In this document: positions 54,601 to 64,000 of the stretch, in pieces
Layout: the number at the start of each line of letters is the position of its first letter
How positions within the stretch are numbered: position 1 is the first letter of the stretch
Origin: Octopus sinensis
Taxonomy: Eukaryota
Assembly (NCBI RefSeq): GCF_006345805.1
Contig: NC_043025.1
Coordinates: 2,976,001 to 3,040,000 of the forward strand
Direction: 5' to 3'
DNA length: 64,000 bases
Made by a program: the position numbers and the translations under genes
The notes under the pieces: generated by a model
Told to the model about the DNA's origin: nothing
The model's database searches: none
The model's input: the letters and a program-made list of their open reading frames with translations, nothing else

Positions 54601-57600
54601 TTGTTTAAAACTCTTGTAGCTTAGGTACGGAAGAATTAGTTAATATAAGTTTTATGTCGTAACTCTCTACGACAATCTTCTTTTGACTTATAAAAATGCA
54701 CTGTAAATATTAAATGTGCGTAAATAAACTAATTTAGTAAATCATTTCTTTTTCTTCATTTTCTTCAACCTGTTGAGGAAGTTTATTCTGTAACTATGAA
54801 ACTGTTATTATAGCAGTGAAAAAGAGCAAACTTTATTATCCTCAACATACATGCACGTTCAGCGTTTGGTGTGTATAATTCACCACAACGTTTACGAAGC
54901 CTGAGTTAATATTTATGTATGGTGATAAATACTTATGATTAAGTTATAAGTGACGGGTTTATCACCATAGATGCCTACTCAAGACACTGATATATTTATT
55001 ATCTATTCCAAGTCAAGGCCGTTATAAATTGGTGACCCACCGTTATAGTAGTATTTATTAGGTGGTTAAAACGTTAGTTCAAGGTTGTGATATATTGTGA
55101 TATAATTGAACTTAAGTTTTTTTTTATATCACCTATAGATATATAATTATTAAAGAGGACAACAAACGTTAGCGTTTCCCAAACTTTTCGCGCCAAATTG
55201 CAATATCGCCCACCTATTAGCCGAAACATGTTCCATCGCCCACCTGTGTAAAAAAACCGTGACACAACCCTAACACAAAATTTCCTACGACCCCTCGTGA
55301 CTGTATCATTTGACACACACATTATATCGTAGACCTGTTGCCCGGTTTGTGCTGTTTGGACTAAATATGCGGTTGTTTACAAATCCTTTATTGGGGTTTA
55401 GTTTTGCCATTAGTGTAAATAAAATTCTAGCGTTGACTTATATTTTGCAGACAGATTAACTTCTGGAAACTTGCGCCTTTCTTTTACACTGATTTTCATT
55501 TTCCCCAAATGAACCAGTGATCAGAACTACTGATGCAAATATAATTAATGATTGTATTATAAAGGAAAATAATAAAACTTTTTAACGAGAACCATGGGTC
55601 TGGTGCAATGCAGCTAGTGCAGATACGTTCGGTTTCAAACTTGTCAACTTTAGCCGCAAGTGTCTTCATTGTATCACATCCAGTTCAATTTTTGTATGGG
55701 AAAATAAAGTTCCAACATGGTTAAAACCAGATTCAACCATGTATGTGGTAAGGGATGGAAGGCAAAAGCAATTTCAGATGTTTCCACAGATTGGGGTAGG
55801 AATTCGATATACTCTGATGGTACCACAAACCTTCTTTGACATAGTGTCATTGCTATTTTTTTTATTCTATCAATTCATCCTGAATATCATCCTCGCAATC
55901 GACTGCATCGATCTCAAACGGATTGCTATACCAATTCGGAATATTCAGCGCAATAACATCTTGAAATCGCTTCACCATATTATCGTGCAATGATTGTAAA
56001 TAGTTGTGATATGTAGTTAAAAACCTCTTCGATCAATTCATCTTTCAAAGAATCAAGTTGTGGAAATTGATGCAATTGACGTTTTGAAATGTTAGTCTTA
56101 AACAACACCAATTTCAATGAAGCGGATAGTGGAGCATTTTCAAAGAAAAAGATATATAAAACAGTTCAACACAGTGTAAAGCAGTTTCCTTTTGACAGCC
56201 ACCGCACTTCGGTATGGTATAAGAGTTTAGTATGGTCCTCGTCATTTCTCAGACAGAGTTGACGGCAAATTAAATCAGACAAGAGACTGGACTTCAATTT
56301 GTTCACATTCTTGATAACTAACTCTAGCGCATCATTCAATCTTATGTTCATATTTTTTGCCACTAAATACTGCTGGTGTGCCAAGTAATGAACAGTTAGT
56401 ATCTGGTGGGAAATCTCACGCTTTAGCAGACATGAAAAACCTCTGTATCTTCCTATCATTGAAGGTGCTTCATCAGACGCACAGTCAAGAATATTTTCGT
56501 GCATAACTGTCGGCAAAACCTCTTCGATAACTGGGGGCGAAATATTGTTTCTCCAATTGTGGGAGACGTCTCAGACTTAGCAACAAGCAATGCAATGCTG
56601 TACGATGCAATCAACCCGTTATTCTCCTGTTTACTAGTTTCCTGGAGTAGCGTGTTGAATGTTTGTATCTGCTTTTTGAAAGAGGAGCTCAGTTATAAAA
56701 TGTATGATAACGGCTTATCTTTCTTGTCAGAATGCTTTGCATCAAAGTGACATTTCAAGCATGAAGGCTTCATTGCTTCGTTGGTCAATGTTTGATGGCA
56801 AAGAAGGCACATTGGTGACTGACAGTTCTGAGGAGAGGAAATAAATTCAAATGATAAATAATCACTACTGTACTGTCAACAAGTTTCCTTGACTGGAGGC
56901 ATCAATAAAGTTAAAATGTCAAAAAGAATTTCTGTAGACGGCATCAGAAAGCCAGTATCGTAATCCCAAAGGGAAGAAGAAGTCAGTAGAGCAGAGTCAG
57001 ATGACACAACTGTACTGGAGCAAATATGGATCTAGTTCGTTTGGCTGCCAGCATTTCAAAAGTTTATCGAAAATTTGAGAATTTGGTACATTAATATACC
57101 TTTCCAAGTTAAATTGCTGGAGTTATTCAACTTTTTCCCGAAAAAAGTTTTTAGAAAGTTATAGAGGTTTAAAGTTTGATCATTTTCACCCAGTCAAGAA
57201 ATATGATTTCAAAGCTGTCATTTTGTGCGTGACTGCACATTTTGTCAACATCCTGAAAATAGCACTTGTGCTTTGATATGAAACCCCAGAATTACGCACG
57301 ACATATAACCCATCCTAACTTTTTTTTATTTTTCGGAATTTTCAGAAAATCTTTGTGAATTTGAATTCTACACACGGGCCTTCAGACGATTATACAAAAA
57401 AATTGTAGTGAAGTGTGATTTAAGGTCTAAGCCTATTTGGCTGTTATTTTTAGCACGCATGAGAATCATCCCCATCCCAATGACTGCGACAAAAATATTC
57501 GATCGATAAAGATGTCCGCTTTTTTAATACAAAGGGACGTCTCATGCGGGTAATCAAATCGGTAAAAGTTCATCCTTGTTCTAGGCATGGCTAGATATCA

Positions 57601-57826
57601 GTAAATGCAGACTTAATTTCTAAAAATACATTGTCACCCACAAAATGTTCATGTCACCCACTAAAATCTCAAATCGCCCACCATTTTCTAGAAAAGCGCC
57701 CATCGTCCACTCTTTGAAGTTATGCGTTAGGGCAAGACAAATATCTCAAGTCATATACGCTATTATTATTAGAAACTTTCAGTCTTACAGCTGTTTCTGG
57801 GATGTACCAAAGTATGGGATGTTCCG

Positions 57827-57878
<52 letters not shown>

Positions 57879-57904
57879 ATGTATGTATATATGTATATGT
57901 ATAC

Positions 57905-57935
<31 letters not shown>

Positions 57936-58309
57936 TATACATATATATATGTATATATATATACATATATGAATGTATGTATATGTATATATATATTGCG
58001 CTTAAAGCTATAACATCAACAACATAAGCGTTCAGCTGAAAACATAATCAATAAGGAATTTAAAACATTGGATGTGGAAAATACGCAGAAAGTGTCAAGT
58101 ACTTACAAACCCTCAACAGTCGTCGGAATCGGTTGTGGTATTGATGATAATCCGAGACCTCGACAGTTTACAACTGTGGCAGGTATATTGCAAGAACACT
58201 TATTGCATATATCTTCAACAGCATGAACCTCCAAAAACAATATCGTATACAGCATCAACACGAAAGTTTGCTTATATGATACTATATAGTGAAACATGTT
58301 TTCAGGCAT
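13042..58309 (-). CDS. Multi-exon secreted/cell-surface LRR protein gene (signal peptide, LRRNT, at least 4 LRRs); 3' part outside window
   Basis: Splicing 58309-58107, 47378-47307, 39421-39350, 23658-23587 and 13113-13042 gives an uninterrupted frame: [164 protein letters not shown]... Confidence 0.88.
15020..20890 (+). mobile_element. Degenerate Helitron 5' half (charged N-terminus, Cys motif, Rep), interrupted by Gypsy
   Basis: [12 protein letters not shown] and [15 protein letters not shown] before the insertion. GLHCFC|IQGQT*H across the insertion. [16 protein letters not shown] (~20090-20130), [10 protein letters not shown], and [15 protein letters not shown] (~20510). Confidence 0.9.
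15827..19650 (+). mobile_element. Degenerate Ty3/Gypsy LTR retrotransposon (K02A2.6-like) with both LTRs
   Basis: Homologous LTRs at ~15827-16037 and 19425-19650 (both begin TG), TGGCG PBS start at 16040, purine tract aaagggga before 19425, GTAT duplicated on both sides. Gag [22 protein letters not shown]; protease [10 protein letters not shown]; [15 protein letters not shown] and PYLDDILI; RNase H TSDASEY and [12 protein letters not shown]; integrase-region [16 protein letters not shown]. Confidence 0.93.
20950..21040 (+). ncRNA. Type I hammerhead-ribozyme motif with extended stem II
   Basis: AATTGG - CTGATGA - long stem II (tact/agta, catc/gatg) - GAAA - palindrome ACGATCGT - A - CCAAATT. 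Core intact; the first stem II pair is A.C instead of G-C. Confidence 0.7.
22540..23250 (-). mobile_element. Penelope-like element 3' fragment (GIY-YIG endonuclease and C-terminal tail)
   Basis: Minus translation [17 protein letters not shown]...[20 protein letters not shown], then [11 protein letters not shown]...[11 protein letters not shown]...CQLCSME. Confidence 0.85.
23587..23658 (-). CDS. 72-nt LRR exon B: (L)[23 protein letters not shown](L)
   Basis: Acceptor gtgttttatgtttcag| and donor |gtaagt. 72 nt, phase 2-2, open frame. Confidence 0.93.
24520..27770 (+). mobile_element. Degenerate Helitron (Rep + PIF1), paralog of 1-2750
   Basis: [61 protein letters not shown]. Colinear with positions 1-2750 at offset ~25021. 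Confidence 0.92.
28550..29120 (-). mobile_element. RLE-type non-LTR retrotransposon C-terminal fragment (longer paralog of 2930-3400)
   Basis: Extends to [33 protein letters not shown], a PD..(D/E)xCP endonuclease signature. Confidence 0.78.
29430..29940 (+). mobile_element. Old LINE 3' end (CR1/L2/Jockey-like RT C-terminus), decayed
   Basis: [20 protein letters not shown] and [13 protein letters not shown] resemble the RT thumb region. Homologous to 52990-53500. Confidence 0.55.
31504..31927 (+). mobile_element. tRNA-derived SINE of the type common in Octopus, with internal (TA)/(TATG) microsatellite
   Basis: Head ggcgtaggaatggctgtgtggtaagtagcttgc...ggttccaggttcagtcccactg, body gacggaaactgaaagaagcccgtcg, tail gatagaataagtactaggcttac. 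Family recognition is from memory of octopus SINEs. Confidence 0.8.
34165..36350 (+). mobile_element. 5'-truncated RTE-clade LINE (RT pseudogene)
   Basis: [78 protein letters not shown]. 3' end ccattgtctctcgagac...ggatgccaacaac. Frameshifted. Confidence 0.92.
37021..37340 (+). mobile_element. tRNA-derived SINE (second family)
   Basis: A-box-like tggttcagtggtt and B-box gagttcgaatcc, followed by the SINE core gttgtgttcttgagcaagacac...ttgctccagttcactc. No tRNA acceptor stem. Confidence 0.8.
37580..37915. repeat. (TATG)n degenerate microsatellite
   Basis: Direct reading. Source of the YVCM/HTYI ORFs. Confidence 0.95.
38191..38546 (+). mobile_element. Mariner relic, 3' part
   Basis: [22 protein letters not shown] (degenerate HPPYSPDLAP motif) and TIR-like actcgttcaggaactttatatatacgac. 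Confidence 0.8.
38978..39290. repeat. (TAA)n then (GAA/CAA)n microsatellite adjacent to LRR exon C donor side
   Basis: Direct reading. Confidence 0.95.
39350..39421 (-). CDS. 72-nt LRR exon C: (L)[23 protein letters not shown](L)
   Basis: Acceptor gtgttttatgtttcag| and donor |gtatgt. 72 nt, phase 2-2, open frame. Confidence 0.92.
41390..43230 (+). mobile_element. Internally deleted Helitron of a second family
   Basis: [36 protein letters not shown] (Walker A), [60 protein letters not shown]. Confidence 0.93.
43395..43535 (+). mobile_element. SINE 3' fragment (octopus type)
   Basis: ggtcgactttgcctttcatcctttcg...gataaattaagtaccag...gggtagtaaagaaata. Family recognition is from memory. Confidence 0.7.
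44330..44420 (+). ncRNA. Degenerate hammerhead-like motif
   Basis: CTGAAGA (44335-44341), long imperfect stem II (ataac/gttat), GAAA, palindrome ACGATCGT, A. Stem I pairing is weak. Confidence 0.45.
45850..46640 (+). mobile_element. Internally deleted mariner element
   Basis: N-terminal [23 protein letters not shown] (HTH region), C-terminal [18 protein letters not shown], and degenerate TIRs at both ends. Confidence 0.85.
47307..47378 (-). CDS. 72-nt LRR exon D: (L)[23 protein letters not shown](L)
   Basis: Acceptor gtgttttatttttcag| and donor |gtaagt. 72 nt, phase 2-2, open frame. Confidence 0.93.
47826..48408. repeat. (GAT)n and (GAA/CAA)n microsatellites
   Basis: Direct reading. Related (GAT)-rich blocks at ~13200-13620, 23750-23960, 28300-28540, 39500-39640 and 40520-40650. 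Confidence 0.95.
49560..50046 (-). mobile_element. Inverted copy of the 3' end of the adjacent Penelope-like element
   Basis: Reverse complement of ~50880-51400; translation [28 protein letters not shown]. Confidence 0.88.
50047..51400 (+). mobile_element. 5'-truncated Penelope-like element (RT C-half, thumb, Cys linker, GIY-YIG)
   Basis: [56 protein letters not shown]. Frameshifts present. Confidence 0.92.
52990..53500 (+). mobile_element. Old LINE 3' end, paralog of 29430-29940
   Basis: [20 protein letters not shown], and [11 protein letters not shown]...[14 protein letters not shown], similar to the C-terminus of CR1/L2/Jockey-like ORF2. Confidence 0.55.
55170..57140 (-). mobile_element. 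Degenerate hAT transposon (Buster/Charlie, ZBED5-like)
   Basis: BED-like [59 protein letters not shown]-like tagcgtttcccaaac at 55170. Confidence 0.88.
58107..58309 (-). CDS. First coding exon: signal peptide + LRR N-terminal cap (LRRNT)
   Basis: Hydrophobic leader [16 protein letters not shown], then CNKCSC...[22 protein letters not shown](L). Acceptor ttcttctcttacag at 58318 and phase-2 donor gtaagt at 58106, matching the LRR exons. Confidence 0.92.
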
Positions 58310-58543
58310 AGATTAATCTGTAAGAGAAGAAAATAGAAAATATCTGAGACTTCAATGTTATTATCCTCACGCTGCAGATTCGTTTAAAGAATTAAAGTTC
58401 ACCCCTGTTCATTGTGACGAATATATCTTTATTTTCCTTATTTAATACTTAAAGTTAGAAAACTAAATTTCGATAAATTAGTGTGAAGAATTTTATTATA
58501 GATTGATGGGAGATAATCTGTATCTATAAATGCCAGGATGTGT

Positions 58544-58584
<41 letters not shown>

Positions 58585-59893
58585 TGAATGTAATTTATAC
58601 ACGTCTACAAATTAGCACACATGTCGCTCCAATTTTAGGAGGACATTCGTCACGTCCCTACCTAGGTTTTGTCAACTTATTTTTTCCCGAGGCACCTGCG
58701 GATAGCGGTAAAAATCTATTTTCAACCATAACTTTTACCAATTTTGAAGTTTGCTAGCATGAGTTAAGTCCCTTCTTGCCTTAGCCAAGTGAAAGTGTGT
58801 ATATGTGTGTGAGGGAGTGAGAGAAGTTGTGTGTTGCTCTATATGTGTGTGTGTGTGTGTTGAGGGGGAGAGAGTGTTTGACAGCGTCTAACCAAAAAAA
58901 GTAAAGGAAAAGTATGTGTAAGGAAGAGAGGGGGAGAGTTTGACAGTGTCTAAAAAGAAAAAAGGTAAAATGTTTTTACTTCTTAAACACGAGATATAGT
59001 CTTCAAATTTAGGATGTTCTTGAAAGACACTATATTTTATAATCAGATTATGTATACTTTCTCACACAACATTTGAAATATATTTATTTAAAATTATTTA
59101 TTTATTTAAAATCGTTCATGTTCCCCCCCTCTCTCACACATACACACACACACTACTTTGGGCACGAAAGAGTTTTGTTTTTAATTTACGCCGAGGAAAA
59201 ATGTGATTTGTTGAGAATCTATTTATTTAACGTACAAACAAAGAGGTAGGTAACAATTTGTCAGTGAAGTACACAATATAGATGGATAAAATTTCCGAGG
59301 CTTCTACCACACCCCGCCCCGTTTTTCGGACCATAAAATGGGTTTTGTAGCGCGCAAAAAGTCCGATTTTTCTCTTAGTGAAAATCGTGCGTGTGTTAAT
59401 CTACAAATTTACCAACTTTTTTTCTATTCATTTCTGTTTATGAAATTCTCTGTACGTAATTTCCTTTCTCAGTGATCAAGGCAAATGATGACTTTGTGCT
59501 ATAGTTATTTCACTTCCTATGTTATTTAAAGCATTTTTGATATGTGGAATTTCAACATTAGAAACGAGTTCAGAACATGCTACTTAAGTTCGCTGAAACT
59601 TATCTCCTGCCATGAAATTTTGAATGTTAGATAATTAGTGTTGGTTCATTCAATTAGAAAATAAAACCTATTATTCTGTTTTATTGCATTTTGATTTATT
59701 TTTCATCTGTTTGACAAAAACAAGTTACTGTTGCTTGAAAACAACCGGGTAACGTTGTCTGTGTTTGAAAACAGTTTTGTTCTCATTGCTGATTTTTCGT
59801 TCATCAGAACCGCAACTTCAGCTTCATTTCTGCCTTCATCTAATCACATTTCCCCATCTCCAGTTTCATTTTCTCCCTCTCCCAATTTACCAT

Positions 59894-60160
59894 ATGCCAT
59901 CTAAGAAAAGAATCTGTCTCGGGCGCCGGACGACTGCTGCGTCGGCACAGAGGGCTAGAAGGGCCAATGAGACTTCTGACGAAACTAAATTGCGATTGGC
60001 TCAGACCTCTTTGCGTGCTTCGAGCAGGAAAATCACTGAAAGTGACGACGAAAGAGCTGTGCTACTACAAAGAAGGAGGTCGTAAAACCGTTCAGTGCGT
60101 TTTCCAGAAACGAGCTTAGCTCGATCTGCTCGCAATTCAAAAAACGCTGTTGCTACTGCG
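59894..60160 (+). pseudogene. N-terminus of a Helitron-type/STPR protein ORF (MPSKKRICLGRRTTAASAQRARRANETSDETKLRL...), in-frame stop at 60083
   Basis: The basic MP..K..LGRRT start and E-T-x-E-x-R-x-x-R repeats resemble RepHel N-termini (inference). Rep and helicase domains are not inside the window. Confidence 0.6.
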
Positions 60161-63100
60161 AAAGGAAGAGCCTCCGAGACTGCTGAACAACGGGCACTCC
60201 GCAATAAACGGAACGCTGCTGCTACTGCCAAACCAAGAGCCTCCAAGACTGCTGAGCAACGAGCAATCCGCAATACACAAAACGGTGCTGCAACTGCCAA
60301 TGCGACAGCCTCCGAGACTGCTGAACAACGGGCACTCCGTAATACACAGAACGCGGCTGCTACTGCCAATGCGAGAGCCTCCGAGACTGCTGAACAACGG
60401 GCACTCCGCAATACACAGAACGCTGCTGCTACTGCCAATGAGAATGACTGCTGAACAACGGTAACTCCGCAATACACAGAACGCTGCTGCTACTGCCAAT
60501 GCGAGATCCTCCGAGACTGCTGAACAACGGGCACTCCGCAATACACAGAACGCTGCTGCTACTGACAATGCGAGAGCCTCCGAGACTGCTGAACAACGGG
60601 CACTCCGCAATACACAGAACGCGGCTGCTAAGCCAATGCGAGAGCCTCCGAGACTGCTGAACAACGGGCACTCCGCAATACACAGAACGCTGCTGCTACT
60701 GCCAATGCGAGAGCCTCCGAGACTGCTGAACAACGGGCACTCCTCGATACACAGAACGCGGCTGCTACTGCCAATGCGAGAGCCTCCGAGACTGTTGAAC
60801 AACGGGCACTCCGCAATACACAGAACGCGGCTGCTACTGCCAATGCGAGAGCCTCCGAGACTGCTGAACAACGGGCACTCCTCGATACACAGAACGCGGC
60901 TGCTACTGCCAATGCGAGAGCCTCCGAGACTGCTGAACAACGGGCACTCCGCAATACACAGAACGCTGCTGCTACTGCCAATGCGAGAGCCTCCAAGACT
61001 GCTGAACAACGGGCACTCCTCGATACACAGAACGCGGCTGCTACTGCCAATGCGAGAGCCTCCTAGACTGCTGAACAACGAGCACTCCGCAATACAGAGA
61101 ACGCGGCTGCTACTGCCAATGCGAGAGCCTCCTAGACTGCTGAACAACGGGCACTCCTCGATACACAGAACGCGGATGCTACTGCCAATGCGAGAGCCTC
61201 CGAGACTGCTGAACAACGGGCTCTCCGCAATACACAGAACGCGGCTGCTACTGCCAATGCGAGAGCCTCCGAGACTGCTGAACAACGGGCACTCCTCGAT
61301 ACACAGAACGCGGCTGCTACTGTCAATGCGAGAGCCTCCGAGACTGCTGAACAACGGGCACTCCTCGATACACAGAACGCTGCTGCTACTGCCAATGCGA
61401 GAGCCTCCGAGACTGCTGAACAACGGGCACTCCGCAATACACAGAACGCTGCTGCTACTGCCAATGCGAGAGCCTCCGAGACTGCTGAACAACGGGCACT
61501 CCTTGATACACAGAACGCGGCTGCTACTGTCAATGCGAGAGCCTCCGAGACTGCTGAACAACGGGCACTCCTCGATACACAGAACGCTGCTGCTACTGCC
61601 AATGCGAGAGCCTCCGAGACTGCTGAACAACGGGCACTCCGCAATACACAGAACGCTGCTGCTACTGCCAATGCGAGAGCCTCCGAGACTGCTGAACACC
61701 GGTAACTCCGCAATACACAGAACGCGGCTGCTACTGCCAATGCGAGAGCCTCCGAGACTGCTGAACAACGGTAACTCCGCAATACACAGAACGCTGCTGC
61801 TACTGCCAATGCGAGAGCCTCCGAGACTGCTGAACAACGGGCACTCCGCAATACACAGAACGCTGCTGCTACTGCCAATGCCAGAGACTGCTGAACAACG
61901 GTAACTCCGCAATACACAAAACGCTGCTGCTACTGCCAATGCGAGATCCTCCGAGGCTGCTGAACAACGGGCACTACGCAATACACAGAACGCTGATGCT
62001 ACAGCCAATGCGAGAGCCTCCGAGACTGCTGAACAACGGGCACTCCGCAATACACAGAACGCGGCTGCTACTGCCAATGCGAGAGCCTCCGAGACTGCTG
62101 AACAACGGGCACTCCGCAATACACAGAACGCTGCTGCTACTGCCAATGAGAATGACTGCTGAACAACGATAACTCCGCAATACACAGAACGCTGCTGCTA
62201 CTGCCAATGCGAGATCCTCCGAGACTGCTGAACAACGGGCACTCCGCAATACACAGAACGCTGCTGCTACTGCCAATGCGAGAGCCTCCGAGACTGCTGA
62301 ACAACGGGCACTCCGCAATACACAGAACGCGGCTGCTAAGCCAATGCGAGAGCCTCCGAGACTGCTGAACAACGGGCACTCCGCAATACACAGAACGCTG
62401 CTGCTACTGCCAATGCGAGAGCCTCCGAGACTGCTGAACAACGGGCACTCCTCGATACACAGAACGCGGCTGCTACTGCCAATGCGAGAGCCTCCGAGAC
62501 TGTTGAACAACGGGCACTCCGCAATACACAGAACGCGGCTGCTACTGCCAATGCGAGAGCCTCCGAGACTGCTGAACAACGGGCACTCCTCGATACACAG
62601 AACGCGGCTGCTACTGCCAATGCGAGAGCCTCCGAGACTGCTGAACAACGGGCACTCCGCAATACACAGAACGCTGCTGCTACTGCCAATGCGAGAGCCT
62701 CCAAGACTGCTGAACAACGGGCACTCCTCGATACACAGAACGCGGCTGCTACTGCCAATGCGAGAGCATCCTAGACTGCTGAACAACGGGCACTCCGCAA
62801 TACAGAGAACGCGGCTGCTACTGCCAATGCGAGAGCCTCCTAGACTGCTGAACAACGGGCACTCCTCGATACACAGAACGCGGATGCTACTGCCAATGCG
62901 AGAGCCTCCGAGACTGCTGAACAACGGGCTCTCCGCAATACACAGAACGCTGCTGCTACTGCCAATGCGAGAGCCTCCGAGACTGCTGAACAACGGGCAC
63001 TCCGCAATACACAGAACGCTGCTGCTACTGCCAATGCGAGAGCCTCCGAGACTGCTGAACAACGGGCACTCCTTGATACACAAAACGCGGCTGCTACTGT

Positions 63101-64000
63101 CAATGCGAGAGCCTCCGAGACTGCTGAACAACGGGCACTCCTCGATACACAGAACGCTGCTGCTACTGCCAATGCGAGAGCCTCCGAGACTGCTGAACAA
63201 CGAGCACTCCGCAATACACAGAACGCTGCTGCTACTGCCAATGCAAGATCCTCCGAGACTGCTGAACAACGGGCACTCCGCAATACACAGAACGCTGCTG
63301 CTACTGCCAATGCGAGAGCCTCCGAGACTGCTGAACACCGGTAACTCCGCAATACACAGAACGCGGCTGCTACTGCCAATGCGAGAGCCTCCGAGACTGC
63401 TGAACAACGGTAACTCCGCAATACACAGAACGCTGCTGCTACTGCCAATGCGAGAGCCTCCGAGACTGCTGAACAACGGGCACTCCGCAATACAGAGAAC
63501 GCTGCTGCTACTGCCAATGCTAGAGACTGCTGAACAACGGTAACTCCGCAATACACAAAACGCTGCTGCTACTGCCAATGCGAGATCCTCCGAGGCTGCT
63601 GAACAACGGGCACTACGCAATACACAGAACGCTGATGCTACTGCCAATGCGAGATCCTCCGAGACTGCTGAACAACGGGCACTCCGCAATACACAGAACG
63701 CGGCTGCTACTGCCAATGCGAGAGCCTCCTAGACTGCTGAACAACGGGCACTCCTCAATACACAGAACACTGCTGCTACTGCCAATGCGAGAGCCTCCGA
63801 GACTGCTGAACAACGGGCACTCCGCAATACACAGAACGCTGCTGCTACTGCCAATGCGAGAGCCTCCGAGACTGTTAAACAACGGGCACTCCTCAATACA
63901 CAGAACGCGGCTGCTACTGCCAATGCGAGAGCCTCCGAAACTGCTGAACAACGGGCACTCCTCGATACACAGAACGCGGCTGCTACTGCCAATGCGAGAG
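60160..64000 (+). repeat. 69-bp coding tandem repeat (ETAEQRALRNTQNAAATANARAS, 23 aa), ~55 units, with a 1708-bp higher-order duplication
   Basis: Unit gagactgctgaacaacgggcactccgcaatacacagaacgctgctgctactgccaatgcgagagcctcc. Variant units recur at offset 1708 (60429/62137, 60636/62344, 61132/62840). Confidence 0.97.

Noticed and set aside
13042-58309. Calling the LRR gene a Toll-like receptor, a VLR ortholog or another named gene
   Set aside because: No LRRCT, transmembrane, TIR or GPI segment is in the window; similarity is only at the level of the generic LRR consensus.
60137-63992. Long ORFs of 400-682 aa on both strands (MYCGV..., MREPPRLL..., MAVAAAF...)
   Set aside because: They are alternative or antisense frames of the 69-bp repeat that happen to lack stops. 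The frame continuous with the unique N-terminus is the ETAEQR one.
60160-64000. CRISPR array
   Set aside because: Head-to-tail monomers with no unique spacers, eukaryotic context, and no cas genes.

Overview
AT-rich, microsatellite- and transposon-dense eukaryotic DNA. The SINE types suggest an octopus/cephalopod genome (inference). The only host gene I can support is on the minus strand and encodes a secreted or cell-surface leucine-rich-repeat (LRR) protein. It has a signal-peptide + LRRNT exon (58107-58309) and four 72-nt single-LRR exons (47307-47378, 39350-39421, 23587-23658, 13042-13113). All four have canonical AG/GT sites and the same phase, and the gene continues beyond the left edge. 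The four LRR exons are nearly identical in backbone codons but differ strongly at the six exposed x positions of LxxLxLxxNx. Each sits in a duplicated exon+intron module; one flanking block is inverted. The introns hold decayed Helitrons, a Ty3/Gypsy element nested in a Helitron (LTRs, TSD), Penelope-like elements with hammerhead-like motifs, RTE, CR1/L2-like and RLE-type LINE fragments, mariner and hAT relics, and SINEs. The window ends in a ~3.8 kb array of a 69-bp (23-aa, STPR-like) coding repeat with a 1708-bp higher-order duplication. None of the ORF-track ORFs other than the LRRNT one is a supported host gene; most are microsatellite or TE artefacts.
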